Shown here piece after piece: positions 19,117 to 29,286 of a stretch of DNA of 64,000 nt. A program made the translations under genes and the position numbers. The notes under the pieces are model-generated. The model searched no databases. It worked only from the letters and a program-made list of their open reading frames with translations, and was not told the origin of the DNA. Location: positions 32,001 to 96,000 of IMG/VR virus record IMGVR_UViG_3300020447_000001. One strand, written 5' to 3'. The stretch is from a virus. The number at the start of each line of letters is the position of its first letter. Position 1 is the first letter of the stretch.

Positions 19117-19458
19117 ATGAGTGGAATAAACCGACGATATTTAAAAGCGATGGCTCAGAGGTTAGAAAAGGCAGGGTGGCTATTCACGTCAGAACCTGAG
19201 TTACCGAGAGAGTACGTGGTGGATCAAGCAGTCGAGTGCATGGGCGAGGAGTGGCAGGACAAAGCAGCTGTCGTTTGGGGAGTGGATGACATTCTTACAG
19301 CAGCGCACCCAGCCGACACGCCCGAATGGATGACTAAGAACGAAGCTACTGCAATTCTTTGTGAGGCAGTAAACCAACACGATCCAACACAGGGTATTAC
19401 CTGGGATATTATTGAGGCGTTAATCCAAGAGTTTAAAAACGAAAAGGAGAAGGTATGA
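19117..19458 (+). CDS. Hypothetical protein
   Basis: ATG 19117 with RBS ggag. Confidence 0.65.
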   Translation: MSGINRRYLKAMAQRLEKAGWLFTSEPELPREYVVDQAVECMGEEWQDKAAVVWGVDDILTAAHPADTPEWMTKNEATAILCEAVNQHDPTQGITWDIIEALIQEFKNEKEKV

Positions 19459-20195
19459 GTCATGTATCAGCTGGAAAGTATCCGGTCACAGATCTTGCGG
19501 CATTACTTCAGGCAGTGAAAGGGATGCCTGAGTACGGCATAGATGGATGTCCAGAACTCGAGCTAGTTAAACAAAACACGTACAAATGGTTCGGTAGTAT
19601 TGTGGGTGATTCTGCGCCTACGCCGGTCTACCAGCTCCAGGCCATGATCTACATGGTTAAAGATCTGGGGCTTTCGTGGGAAGAAGTACGAGAGTTAGCA
19701 AAAGGTGCTGGGGTAGAATTACCTGAAAGTCCTCTTCAGATTGAGGAGAATCCACTCGATCTGAATGAGACTCGCAAGCTCCTTCAAATAGCACAATTTA
19801 AGGAGGCGTTCGACAAGCAGAACGAGAAGATTGGTAAGGATGCTGAGTATGTTATTCGCTACAAGAAGGAGCACAGTAGAAGCTCCGAATCATACGAGAT
19901 CGGTGTGATCGAACATCCTGTTCGAAAAGGTGAGTATTGGTTGAGTGCCGACTACTGGCAAAACGGCCAGGGGTTGATGCGCGCCAAGGGTTTAGGCGGA
20001 GTGGTTCATGAAAGAAAAATGGAAGTTGGTCCCGACGGTAAAGAGACAGAAGTCGTTACCACAGAGTGGGGACAAGAGCTGAAGCAACGATATACCGCAG
20101 CGGCTACGGCCAACATAGCTAAACAAGCTGGAAGAAAGGTTAAGTCTGTTGAAAAGTTGCCTGACGGTAAAATATGTGTGGAGACAGAGGAATGA
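19455..20195 (+). CDS. DUF1257 (Ycf35)-like protein with an internal insertion
   Basis: MSHVS...VTDLAALLQAV...YKWFG...YEIGVI...ADYW...LKQRY...AG pattern; neighbours DUF2997-like and AAA genes. Confidence 0.7.
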   Translation: MSHVSAGKYPVTDLAALLQAVKGMPEYGIDGCPELELVKQNTYKWFGSIVGDSAPTPVYQLQAMIYMVKDLGLSWEEVRELAKGAGVELPESPLQIEENPLDLNETRKLLQIAQFKEAFDKQNEKIGKDAEYVIRYKKEHSRSSESYEIGVIEHPVRKGEYWLSADYWQNGQGLMRAKGLGGVVHERKMEVGPDGKETEVVTTEWGQELKQRYTAAATANIAKQAGRKVKSVEKLPDGKICVETEE

Positions 20196-20401
20196 CTTTT
20201 AAAGATCGGTACGTGTGGTTGACCGTTAAAGGCATTGAATTTTCAGCCAAGTTAGATGACAAGGGTGTTGTAGTGGACGCTTGGGAGGGCGATGAGTGTA
20301 TCGCATCTACCTGGAAAACATACCCAGAGTTTGGCGTAAGAGCTATGTTTTTCGATTCGCACGTACAACAACCTCTAAAGGAGGAAAAAGATGAGTCGTA
20401 A
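20192..20401 (+). CDS. Hypothetical protein
   Basis: Coupled ORF from ATG 20192. Confidence 0.55.
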   Translation: MTFKDRYVWLTVKGIEFSAKLDDKGVVVDAWEGDECIASTWKTYPEFGVRAMFFDSHVQQPLKEEKDES

Positions 20402-20591
20402 GAAAGTATTGATAACGATTGCGAAAAACGGGGACATAGAAAGTATTCAACCCGTAGGATATTCGGGACCAAATGCCTGTTACAAGGCTACTGAACCGTT
20501 TGATAAGGCGTTAGCTCCTAATACTAAAACAGACAAAAAGACACCGGACTATTATAAATCCGAAGCAAACAAATTGAGGGAGACAGAATGA
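20391..20591 (+). CDS. DUF2997-like small protein
   Basis: ITIAKNGDI...GYSGPNACYKATEPFDKAL pattern. Confidence 0.7.
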   Translation: MSRKKVLITIAKNGDIESIQPVGYSGPNACYKATEPFDKALAPNTKTDKKTPDYYKSEANKLRETE

Positions 20592-22486
20592 GTAAACTAA
20601 CTACTGAGCTAAACGAAGCGCAGGCGTGCCACGAAAGCGCAATTGTTATTGAAACAACTGAGCCAAGAGAAGTGGAGAATGAGATTCGGGAATTGGTGTA
20701 TAGTCAAAACAAATCGGTAGACGATGCCGACAAATCAGTTTTATTGGCTATTCATGATCCGGTTAAAGGGCTTTGCGATTCTGAGGGAATGCCGTTCAAT
20801 GGCGGTGCAGGAGCACAAGACCCTGAGTTAGCAAAGCTAGGTATTGTGCCACAAGCACAGGGCGCTGAAGATGCCCTAACCGCAGTCCAGTTCTTTATGG
20901 ATATAGCACAGGAGCGACTTACCCGGCTAGAGAATGACGAAGCTCAACCTGGGGATAGTTCGCTTCAGATTCTGATGCTGAAGTACTTCGATCGTCAACT
21001 AATGCCTAACGGGTCAGACTCAAACGCTGATCCAATATTATTGACGGCAATTGACCATCTATGTCGCATAGGTGCTCAAGTCAACGTATGCGCAATTTTG
21101 TTAACTCAACCCGGAGCAAAGCTTCCAGCTGAGTTCATTGAGTACTGTGCAGTTATTGATCACGAGCTTCCTCCGAATGATGTGAGAGAACTCATCATTG
21201 AGGATCTTGTTGAGACGTGTTCGTTTGCTTCGGACATATCTAAAGAAGAGATAACTGCAACTATAAAAGTCACGAGCGGCTTGAGTTACTCAGGTACCGA
21301 ACGAATTGTAGCGAGAAGTCTTACTAAGCATAAGGGTTTGAACCCATCCGCTATGTTGCGGGAGAAAGGAAAACAGTTAGCAAAGCGAGACCTGGGGTTC
21401 TGGTGTGCTGACATGGACCCCTTTGTATTGTGGCCCGTTCCGGATAATGAGTTTAACCAATACCGCGAGGTTATTTGTCTGGCGGAGGAAACTCATCAGA
21501 TGAATTCTCAAGTTCCAGACGGTCATGTTAGAGCCCGTGTTCGATATTTAGATGAGGAGATTAAAAAGGAACACTGGCTTGATCCAATGCCTCTCGTAGA
21601 CTTCGAATCGCAATTTCGCCCTGAGCGAGATTATTTCAGTTACAAAAACTGGATTGGGTTTGAAGGCGTTAAAGATTATATGCGTAGGGGCGCAGGTACG
21701 GTGCAGCCAGATCGTTGCCATATGAAGGGCATCTTGTTTGTTGGCGTTCCTGGGGCTGGTAAATCCTTCGGTATTAAGTGTACCGCAGGAGAACTAAAAA
21801 TGCCCGTTACCTCAATTGAATCGGGTAAGTTGTTTAGCATGTGGCAAGGTGAGACTGACAAGAACTTGTCTCGTATGCTGAAAACTATCGAAGCGATTGG
21901 GGGAATGCTCGCTATTGACGAATACCAACGATTCATCAGCGAAAAGAAAGATAGTTCTGGTAAGTCATCTGGTGACGGAGGCACCGGCGAGCGAGTATCT
22001 GGAGGTATTCTAACTTGGCAGCAAAACCAGAACGGCGTGTTCATTTTTGGATGTGCTAACGATATCAGTTCTATCCCGTCTGCGTTTACAAGGTCCGGGC
22101 GTTTTCAAAGCACCTTTGTTGTCGGTTTTCCTGGTCGTAAGGCTAAGGATAAAGGCTGGGAAGGGTATAGAAAACGTCATTGTCTTGAGCAACAGGAGCC
22201 GCCAAACGACGAAAACTGGACCGTCGGTGAGATTGCAGAATGCTGCAAGATTGCCGAGCAACAGCGCCTTTCCCTTAAAGACGCAGAAAAGTACGTCAAA
22301 CGCGTCTATAAGGGAGATGGTAAAAAGGAGCAAGACGCTTTATTTGAATGGGCAGAAGACGCTGATTGCATGTGCGTAGAAACTGGCGAGAAGTTTGTGC
22401 ATCCGCGCAAGCAGAAAAGAACTAAGTCAGCTAGTTCTAAGCCCACTACTCGTGCACCTCGTCGAGGTGTCAGAAAGGTTGATTAA
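20588..22486 (+). CDS. AAA+ ATPase, Ycf46-like
   Basis: KGILFVGVPGAGKS (Walker A), LAIDE (Walker B), GCAN, FTRSGRF (Arg finger). Confidence 0.85.
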   Translation: MSKLTTELNEAQACHESAIVIETTEPREVENEIRELVYSQNKSVDDADKSVLLAIHDPVKGLCDSEGMPFNGGAGAQDPELAKLGIVPQAQGAEDALTAVQFFMDIAQERLTRLENDEAQPGDSSLQILMLKYFDRQLMPNGSDSNADPILLTAIDHLCRIGAQVNVCAILLTQPGAKLPAEFIEYCAVIDHELPPNDVRELIIEDLVETCSFASDISKEEITATIKVTSGLSYSGTERIVARSLTKHKGLNPSAMLREKGKQLAKRDLGFWCADMDPFVLWPVPDNEFNQYREVICLAEETHQMNSQVPDGHVRARVRYLDEEIKKEHWLDPMPLVDFESQFRPERDYFSYKNWIGFEGVKDYMRRGAGTVQPDRCHMKGILFVGVPGAGKSFGIKCTAGELKMPVTSIESGKLFSMWQGETDKNLSRMLKTIEAIGGMLAIDEYQRFISEKKDSSGKSSGDGGTGERVSGGILTWQQNQNGVFIFGCANDISSIPSAFTRSGRFQSTFVVGFPGRKAKDKGWEGYRKRHCLEQQEPPNDENWTVGEIAECCKIAEQQRLSLKDAEKYVKRVYKGDGKKEQDALFEWAEDADCMCVETGEKFVHPRKQKRTKSASSKPTTRAPRRGVRKVD

Positions 22487-22488
22487 GT

Positions 22489-22725
22489 ATGATTTCTAGC
22501 GATCCTTTAGTGGGAACGTTGGAAGAGAAAGCAATCGAAAATCCCCACGAGTCGCAAGATGAGTGGGGATTTTTGCATTCTCCTCCGAAGTCAGTGAAGA
22601 TTATTTATAAGACCACGGCATACGCAGGAATGATAGTGGGAATTGCTTTAGCGTTTCCGCTCATCGCTGTATCTAGCGCTAAGAAGTGGTACGACAAAAG
22701 TAGAAAGGACAAATACGGTGAGTAG
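22489..22725 (+). CDS. Small membrane protein
   Basis: One hydrophobic segment. Confidence 0.5.
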   Translation: MISSDPLVGTLEEKAIENPHESQDEWGFLHSPPKSVKIIYKTTAYAGMIVGIALAFPLIAVSSAKKWYDKSRKDKYGE

Positions 22726-24163
22726 TAATGAACAATGGGAGCCGTTTTTCAACGCGTATCCCGAGCAAAGTGACGATCTACTCTTACAAACGATGGAGGA
22801 AGAAATGGCAGAAAATGCACAGGAACCTACCCCACAAACACCGCAGGATGCAGTAGATAATTTGGGTGAAATTGACGTGGATCAAGCAGCGAATTGGGTG
22901 GGCAGTAATTGTTCATTCTTTTGTTATAGCATTAGCAGCCCGCCCAAAAGTCGGACGATTCCTAGGAATGAGATGGAAGTTATTGCGTCTGCTGCTCATG
23001 CAGATCCGGATGCAGTTCAAACTTCTTTGAAGATCTTTGATCCGAAGGAATTTCCTATTATCAAGGAGGGAGCGGCAGTACAAAAGCGCTTTGACGCGCT
23101 CATTAACAAATACGCAGTTCCGAAGCAAACACTTGTGCGGGGGTTAGCTGCAAAGACCGCAGAGGAAAATGGTGGTCTTAAACAAGTTGTAGACAACGAG
23201 CGCGATAAAGGACGTTATATGATTCTCAACGAGAACATTGAAACGTTCGTGACGCAGTTCGATGTGATTATGGCTTCTTACATGGATTGGGGGCAACGAT
23301 TGTTGCAACGATATGAAACCATTAAAGAACGCGATAAGACGCGATTAGCTGATTTCTGGTCGTTGATTCGCCATAAGTATCCGAGTCAAGCTTATGTGGA
23401 GTCAAAGATTCGTGTTCGCTCGCCCTCGTTTGAAGCAGCTAATCACATGCTGAGTACGACTCATTTGCCGCAAAGGATGCGAGAAGCATTAACTGAGCAA
23501 TATAAGTCCGAAGCTGCTTCGCAGGTTCAGGCTTGTTGTGAGGCTATGATGCAAGCGCTTCTGGATGCGGTGACGCTCGCCACTAAGCAGTTGGGACGAA
23601 GGACTCGAGTTAATCCTGCAATTGAGGATCCGGATTACGCCCATCTTCGAGATGGAGAAGTAGCTTTCTTTGAGAGTCACGAAGACGCCAAGGAAGATAT
23701 TCCGGAGGATTTTGTTCGTGTGAAAATCCAACTCGTTAAGACAGACGAGAACGGAAAGCGAACGAATAAGCGTGATCAGCAGGGTAATCCAGCGACGGAA
23801 GTGTTATTAATTCCCGAGGAAGAGTTTACTTCGCGTTTAAAGCCTCGCCAAACGAATGACGAGTATTGTCGCTTGTTCGACGGACAAATACAGGCTTTGA
23901 TTGATATGGGCGAGAAGCTGCATAAGTTCGAGGGATTGTTGGACGTAGGGAATAGCCCGTTGAAATCGTTTTCAGACCAAGTGCAAACTATCTTGACTGC
24001 ACATGGTGAATCTAGTTCGTCTATCACTAACAGCCTCAAAAATAGTGGATTACGACGAGATACTGTGCATGGTCAATTGTCTGATTTAAAAGGAAAATTG
24101 GCGGAGCAACTTACTATTCAAAGTAAGAAGAAAAAGGTAAGTCGACGTAACTTAGGCGTTTAG
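22718..24163 (+). CDS. Helical protein, possibly DUF3150-like
   Basis: Position in the AAA/DUF1257/DUF2997 cluster; KYP..AYVESKIRV segment; ends KKKKVSRRNLGV. Confidence 0.5.
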   Translation: MSSNEQWEPFFNAYPEQSDDLLLQTMEEEMAENAQEPTPQTPQDAVDNLGEIDVDQAANWVGSNCSFFCYSISSPPKSRTIPRNEMEVIASAAHADPDAVQTSLKIFDPKEFPIIKEGAAVQKRFDALINKYAVPKQTLVRGLAAKTAEENGGLKQVVDNERDKGRYMILNENIETFVTQFDVIMASYMDWGQRLLQRYETIKERDKTRLADFWSLIRHKYPSQAYVESKIRVRSPSFEAANHMLSTTHLPQRMREALTEQYKSEAASQVQACCEAMMQALLDAVTLATKQLGRRTRVNPAIEDPDYAHLRDGEVAFFESHEDAKEDIPEDFVRVKIQLVKTDENGKRTNKRDQQGNPATEVLLIPEEEFTSRLKPRQTNDEYCRLFDGQIQALIDMGEKLHKFEGLLDVGNSPLKSFSDQVQTILTAHGESSSSITNSLKNSGLRRDTVHGQLSDLKGKLAEQLTIQSKKKKVSRRNLGV

Positions 24164-24175
24164 TAGGAGTTTAGT

Positions 24176-24541
24176 ATGTCTCTAACTACTCGTGACATGG
24201 AGCATGCACGACAACGGGTAGCTGGTATGACTCCGCCTCAATTACTGACTAGACTAAATCGTATAACGAAGCCGGAAAAGTTGCATGCTTTTTCTGCCGC
24301 AGTTGCAGAGCATCTTGAGGCGTGTAACTCAGAGCGTGAGGTTAAAAGATACCATCGTGTACTTGTACGCATTGATGAACGTCGAGATAGCAATACGCTA
24401 GATTTAGAGTATTACCTAGGTAGATTTCAGGCAACAAAAATGCCCGAGAAACCTAAGGTTAAGGAAGTAATTGTTAAGCAACCAGTTATTCAACTACCTA
24501 AACCTAAGAAGAAGATAGCGAGGAGAAACTTAGGCGTATGA
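24176..24541 (+). CDS. Hypothetical protein ending KKKIARRNLGV
   Basis: RBS aggag. Confidence 0.65.
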   Translation: MSLTTRDMEHARQRVAGMTPPQLLTRLNRITKPEKLHAFSAAVAEHLEACNSEREVKRYHRVLVRIDERRDSNTLDLEYYLGRFQATKMPEKPKVKEVIVKQPVIQLPKPKKKIARRNLGV

Positions 24542-24846
24542 AGATCGTGATCGATAAGGACGCTACTGTCCATAAGATCTACGAAAAAGAATTTGATGAT
24601 GAGCTTGGTCTCACGCATCAACGGGCATCGCACGTTGAGCCGGTTAATCCGGTTCTTCGTGCGTTGTTCCATCTTATTCGTAGGTGGGTGCACGACACCA
24701 GCATCCTGGCAGACTTTACACGGCTATGGCCCTGTAAGTGGAGAGCCAGGATATTTGACGGCCCTACGTTGGGTCCGTTTAGCCGCAGGAGCGACGCCAT
24801 CGGGGCAGAAATTAAACACATTGAAAGACAGTTTTTGAAAGGGTAA
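24538..24846 (+). CDS. Small protein typical of AAA/DUF1257/DUF2997 loci
   Basis: RASHVEP...W.A...GPTLGPFSRRSDAIGAE pattern, recalled from Planctomycete loci. Confidence 0.6.
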   Translation: MKIVIDKDATVHKIYEKEFDDELGLTHQRASHVEPVNPVLRALFHLIRRWVHDTSILADFTRLWPCKWRARIFDGPTLGPFSRRSDAIGAEIKHIERQFLKG

Positions 24847-24850
24847 CAAA

Positions 24851-25291
24851 ATGACAGTAACACTAGATGACGTAACAACAGCAGCACTAGCAAAGTATTA
24901 CACCAAGGAAAGCAAAAACATCGATGTTGCGCCTGGCGCACATACGATTGACGAAGAATTCTCCGTTCGTGTCGTTGGAACGATTGAGCGAAAGCCTGAC
25001 ACAGAAGCAAAGCCGCCTATGCGGATTCCAATCGCACATGTGTTAGCTGTGTTCATTGGAAACATCGATACCTACCATCCGGAAATTGCAGATGACGTAC
25101 GGGAGGATCTGCAAAAAACGTTGAAAGAATGCGCCACAAAACCAGAGCGTATAGAGAGAAACTATCCGGCTGAGCTAGCGATCACCAAAGACATGGTGGA
25201 CGATGCAGAAGCTTATTACAAGAAGCGTGTTGACGCTAAGCCCCGAAAAGGTGCGACGTCTTTCCACGGCAAAGTAACGGTTATCAGCTAA
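24851..25291 (+). CDS. Hypothetical protein
   Basis: ORF in operon. Confidence 0.65.
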   Translation: MTVTLDDVTTAALAKYYTKESKNIDVAPGAHTIDEEFSVRVVGTIERKPDTEAKPPMRIPIAHVLAVFIGNIDTYHPEIADDVREDLQKTLKECATKPERIERNYPAELAITKDMVDDAEAYYKKRVDAKPRKGATSFHGKVTVIS

Positions 25292-25306
25292 TAACTAAAC
25301 TAGCTT

Positions 25307-25340
25307 ACGGGGGCGGCATATTAGTGTCGCCCCCGTTTTT
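25307..25340 (+). terminator. Terminator directly followed by RBS
   Basis: acgggggcggca...tgtcgcccccgttttt ggagg. Confidence 0.8.
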
Positions 25341-25350
25341 GGAGGTACAC

Positions 25351-26868
25351 ATGAGTTGGTTTGAAGTAGATCGAAAAGGGATGAGGCAGGTTAATCAGAG
25401 GATTGTTGATCGCCGTGGATTCGGCATCATGATGGGAGAGTTGTATCAGAATGTAATGGATACAGATGCGACGGAGTGTTTCATCACTACGACAAATCTA
25501 GAAGGACGTTCTCGAGTTGAGGTAGTTATAACAGACAATGGTCCTGGTTTTGCTCGTCTTTCGGACGCCTGGACAATGTTTGCACCGTCCATGAAGAAAG
25601 ACGATCCTACAAAAGCCGGTCGTTTCAACCTGGGCGAGAAGATGGTGCTATCGTTCTGCCACAGTGCGCAGATCGAGACGACGAGCGGTACTGTTGAGTT
25701 TAATGAGGATGATGACGATCGAAAACTGGATGTGCGACGAAAATACGCGGACGGTACTCGAGTTACGTTGGAGTTGATGTGTAATCAAAAACAGTTCGAT
25801 GAAATGCTGGATTACATACCTACACTTATTGTGCGTGAAGGATTACGTCTTTGCGTAAACGGCGCGGAGATACATCATCGCGAACCTATCGCAACGTGGG
25901 AAGAAACTATCCCTACCGAGATCGGAGAAGATTTACGGAAGAGCCGCCGTAAAACAGAAGTTCGTATCTATGAGCCTGAAATAGGCGAAGTACCTATGCT
26001 TTACGAAATGGGTATCCCCGTCGTTGAGACAGGAGATAAGTGGCATGTTTCTGTTGAGCAGAAGGTTCCTCTCAATACAGAGCGGGACAACGTAACGCCT
26101 TCGTTCCTGAAGGAAGTCCGCGTGTCTGTTGTTAACAACATGCACGAGCAGTTGGACGAGGAAGATACTCAAGCGGCGTGGGTCAATGAGGCTACGTCCG
26201 ATAAGCGTTGTAATGACGATGCATCTGAGACTTTTCGCATTAAGAAGTATGGCGAGAAAAGTGTGGCGTTTGATCCCTCCAACCCCGAGGCAAACGCTGT
26301 AGCCATGAGTGAGGGATACACGATTATCCCTTCGCGTGGTCTTACGTCTGGGCAGCGAGATAATCTGAAAGGCGCTGGAACATTAAGTTCGTCATCTCAA
26401 GAGTTTCCTACCGCAGGTGTAGGAGCGTACAGCGACGATCCTACATCTCCACCAGTGGAAGTACTTGCAGAGGATGACTTAACCGAAGCTATGGTGGAGG
26501 TTCGTCAGTACTCCAAGGTGCTTGGTATGGAGCTTTTGGGTGTGGCAATCAGCGTTAGGTTTGTCCGCATGAAGAGGTTCCCAGGAAAACCCTGGATTGC
26601 GGCTTTTGGGGCCAAACAATTGGACTTTAATGTCCATAAGATTGGTAAGAAAGCATTTGCCACAAAGTACGCAGTTGGAACCGAAAATCTAGACTCGCTA
26701 TTGATTCACGAGTTTGGTCATCATTTCGAGTCTGATCATCTTAGCTCTAAGTACCACGAAGCTTTGTGTAACTTAGGTGCGAAACTAAAGGCTGTGACTT
26801 TAAACCAATTGCAGGCCGCTCAAAAGGCTAATGACGACGGAGTCTCTTATGAGAAGGTACAGAAATGA
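25351..26868 (+). CDS. GHKL (HATPase_c) ATPase with C-terminal HExxH motif
   Basis: ELYQNVMD (N-box), ITDNGPGF (G1), GRFNLGEK (G2); LLIHEFGH near the C-terminus. Confidence 0.8.
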   Translation: MSWFEVDRKGMRQVNQRIVDRRGFGIMMGELYQNVMDTDATECFITTTNLEGRSRVEVVITDNGPGFARLSDAWTMFAPSMKKDDPTKAGRFNLGEKMVLSFCHSAQIETTSGTVEFNEDDDDRKLDVRRKYADGTRVTLELMCNQKQFDEMLDYIPTLIVREGLRLCVNGAEIHHREPIATWEETIPTEIGEDLRKSRRKTEVRIYEPEIGEVPMLYEMGIPVVETGDKWHVSVEQKVPLNTERDNVTPSFLKEVRVSVVNNMHEQLDEEDTQAAWVNEATSDKRCNDDASETFRIKKYGEKSVAFDPSNPEANAVAMSEGYTIIPSRGLTSGQRDNLKGAGTLSSSSQEFPTAGVGAYSDDPTSPPVEVLAEDDLTEAMVEVRQYSKVLGMELLGVAISVRFVRMKRFPGKPWIAAFGAKQLDFNVHKIGKKAFATKYAVGTENLDSLLIHEFGHHFESDHLSSKYHEALCNLGAKLKAVTLNQLQAAQKANDDGVSYEKVQK

Positions 26869-27005
26869 CATTTTTTGTGTACGCAGAAACAATGATTGCT
26901 TCGGATGCGGAATCGGAAGAAGACGCTAAGGAGGAGGCTCGACAAACGTTGATTGAGCGCCTGCTGAAAAACGAAGTTGAATGGCTAGTAGAGGAGGAAG
27001 AATAA
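26865..27005 (+). CDS. 46-aa acidic hypothetical protein (not in ORF track)
   Basis: MTFFVYAETMIASDAESEEDAKEEARQ...; coupled at both ends. Confidence 0.5.
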   Translation: MTFFVYAETMIASDAESEEDAKEEARQTLIERLLKNEVEWLVEEEE

Positions 27006-27442
27006 TGGGAGCTGATCTTATTTTAACTTCACTTCCTCGTTGTCAACTTACTGACGAGAGGAAAGTAAAGATTAGAGAAGCAGTAGAAGGAGTACCCGAT
27101 AAGGAGGTCCTTGCATTTAATAGCGATTTTCGCTGCATGGAGTTATCGGACGAGAAAGATCCTTCTAGTTTAAGCGAGGAGGAACACGATAAGGAACTTG
27201 CCAAGGAAGTGCGAGAAGATATTCTTGAAGCCTGCCTTGAGATTTTGCGCGATGCTGACGAACCTCGAGATATGAGTACTATACGTTTTCCAGGAATGAA
27301 ATATGACGTCCTGATAAGCGGAGGTATGTCTTGGGGGGATATGCCTACAGACAGCTGCGACTTGTTTGACCGGTGTCAAAACTTTGAGCCTATTTGGGAT
27401 CTTCTTCAAGCATTTGCGGAGGAGGATTTTAAATGTCAGTAA
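27005..27442 (+). CDS. Hypothetical protein
   Basis: ATG 27005 with RBS; SGGMSWGD motif. Confidence 0.65.
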   Translation: MGADLILTSLPRCQLTDERKVKIREAVEGVPDKEVLAFNSDFRCMELSDEKDPSSLSEEEHDKELAKEVREDILEACLEILRDADEPRDMSTIRFPGMKYDVLISGGMSWGDMPTDSCDLFDRCQNFEPIWDLLQAFAEEDFKCQ

Positions 27443-28122
27443 CAGCGGGTAATACCAAGCTGGGGAAACTCATTTGGTGTTGGTCGTTGCCTACGTTAGC
27501 GGCTATCTGTGTTGGATCCACAGAGGTCTGTAGAAAATTATGCTATGCAATGAAGGGCTTCTTTCGAATGCCCAGTGTGAAGGATGCACATTACAAAAAC
27601 TACCAAATGTCCCAAGAGAAGGACTTCTCGCAGTATATGAGTATGGCCCTGAGCAATATCTTTGCCAGGGTCGTACGCGTCCATGTAAGCGGGGACTTCT
27701 ATAATGAGGCCTACGTACGGAAATGGCTCAAGATCGTCCGTAGGAGGCCATATATTGCGTTCTATGCCTATACACGGAGCTGGCGTAGCGACGAGATACT
27801 TCCAGCGCTGAAAGAGCTGGCAAAAGAGCCTAATTTCTTCATGTGGTGGTCCTGTGACAAAGACACAGGGGCTCCGCCGCGTAGTAGATATGTTAGGCGA
27901 GCTTACTTAATGGAGAACGACGATGACATCGCTTCTTACAAGGTTGATCTCGTATTTCGAGACAAATGCAAGACAGTGATGAAATATGACCCGAAGGGCA
28001 ATCAAGTGTGCCCGTACGATAACGGGGTAACACTTACAACTTGCTCTAAGTGCAAGCTGTGCTTTACAGACGAGGTAATAGCTAAGAAAAAGCTCGTCGA
28101 GCTTAGCCCATCAGTCGTATAG
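27433..28122 (+). CDS. Phage Gp88-like Cys-cluster protein
   Basis: GNTKLG...SLP...CVGSTEVCRKLCYA...RVHVSGDF...YAYTRSW, and C-terminal CP..CSKCKLC. Confidence 0.7.
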   Translation: MSVTAGNTKLGKLIWCWSLPTLAAICVGSTEVCRKLCYAMKGFFRMPSVKDAHYKNYQMSQEKDFSQYMSMALSNIFARVVRVHVSGDFYNEAYVRKWLKIVRRRPYIAFYAYTRSWRSDEILPALKELAKEPNFFMWWSCDKDTGAPPRSRYVRRAYLMENDDDIASYKVDLVFRDKCKTVMKYDPKGNQVCPYDNGVTLTTCSKCKLCFTDEVIAKKKLVELSPSVV

Positions 28123-29286
28123 TTTAGCTAGAGCTTCTAGAACCTCTTGAGGAGGTCCTTCATGCGAAGCTGTTTTCCCGAAAGCCGGGTCTTGTCCAGA
28201 TTCTGCCAGTAAATGCTCTAGTAGTTCTGCGTCAGGGGTGGGCAGTGTATGTGCAATTTCAGCCATTTTTTCTGAATCAATCTCTAATCCGGTACAAACT
28301 TCATTAGCAAAATCAGAGCCAAACAAAGACTCTACATCGTCTTTAGCTAACTTGGCTAGTTGATTTTTATTATAGACACTACCGGTTTGAAGAGTGCACA
28401 ACTCTGCCTGCTCTGATGCAGCTTTAGTAAAAGTAACTTTGAAGATAACGTCTTCAGGGCGTTGGATATTATCTGTGTACTTGCCTTTGATATGCAACGC
28501 ACTATCGATAATATCGATTGTCTCCGCTAGCTTAACGAGCTCTGTTGGTTGTAAAGCAATACGTGCGTGATTTTTTACTGCTGAAGCTAGCTTAAGAATT
28601 TCTTCTTTATACGTAGCTTTTGTAGCTAAATTAGCACGTTGTTTAATCATAGAAATAACTTCGTCAGGATCGGGAATACCGTGTCCTGCTTGTTTTTCTG
28701 TATGCTCGCCCAATTGCTCCCCTAAGTTAGTACCAGTATTACCGGCCTTTTCCAGGATCTTTTTGGCAATAACATTCCGGTCTGAAAACGGTAACCGGTC
28801 TTGGTACTTATGCAGCCACTCAGCGGCTGCCTTAATGTTCATAGAGGAATTAAGCGGAAGATATCTTTCTTTACCTCCCCGATCGTCTACCCACACGTAA
28901 GCGTAGGAAGAATCGGGAAGTTCTTGTGAAATCAGGTCGTTTGCTTGTTTAACTAAAGCGTCGTAAGCGGGACGAATTCGCCAGTAATTAACGTAATTTT
29001 CTAGCCTAGATTCAATACGTTGCCGGTCTTTGGGGTGATATTCGGCCTTCTTTTCGTGGAAATACATTCCTGAAACCCATGTAGCAGCAGCGGTATGGCA
29101 CGCAAACTTTTGACGTACAGGATCTGCGTACGAATTAATAGCAATACCATCAGGATTCATAGTAAAATCTAAGTTGGCCTGCTTTACGAAGGCAGGAATC
29201 TCGTACAATTTAACCATACGAGCCAGTTCTTCGCGATTTGTATCGCTAGCTGCATCAATAATTAAAGCATTTGCTGAAGGCATCAT
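28111..29286 (-). CDS. Hypothetical protein, probably late/virion
   Basis: 391-aa minus-strand ORF, co-oriented with the terminase. Confidence 0.65.
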   Translation of the reverse strand: MMPSANALIIDAASDTNREELARMVKLYEIPAFVKQANLDFTMNPDGIAINSYADPVRQKFACHTAAATWVSGMYFHEKKAEYHPKDRQRIESRLENYVNYWRIRPAYDALVKQANDLISQELPDSSYAYVWVDDRGGKERYLPLNSSMNIKAAAEWLHKYQDRLPFSDRNVIAKKILEKAGNTGTNLGEQLGEHTEKQAGHGIPDPDEVISMIKQRANLATKATYKEEILKLASAVKNHARIALQPTELVKLAETIDIIDSALHIKGKYTDNIQRPEDVIFKVTFTKAASEQAELCTLQTGSVYNKNQLAKLAKDDVESLFGSDFANEVCTGLEIDSEKMAEIAHTLPTPDAELLEHLLAESGQDPAFGKTASHEGPPQEVLEALAKLYD

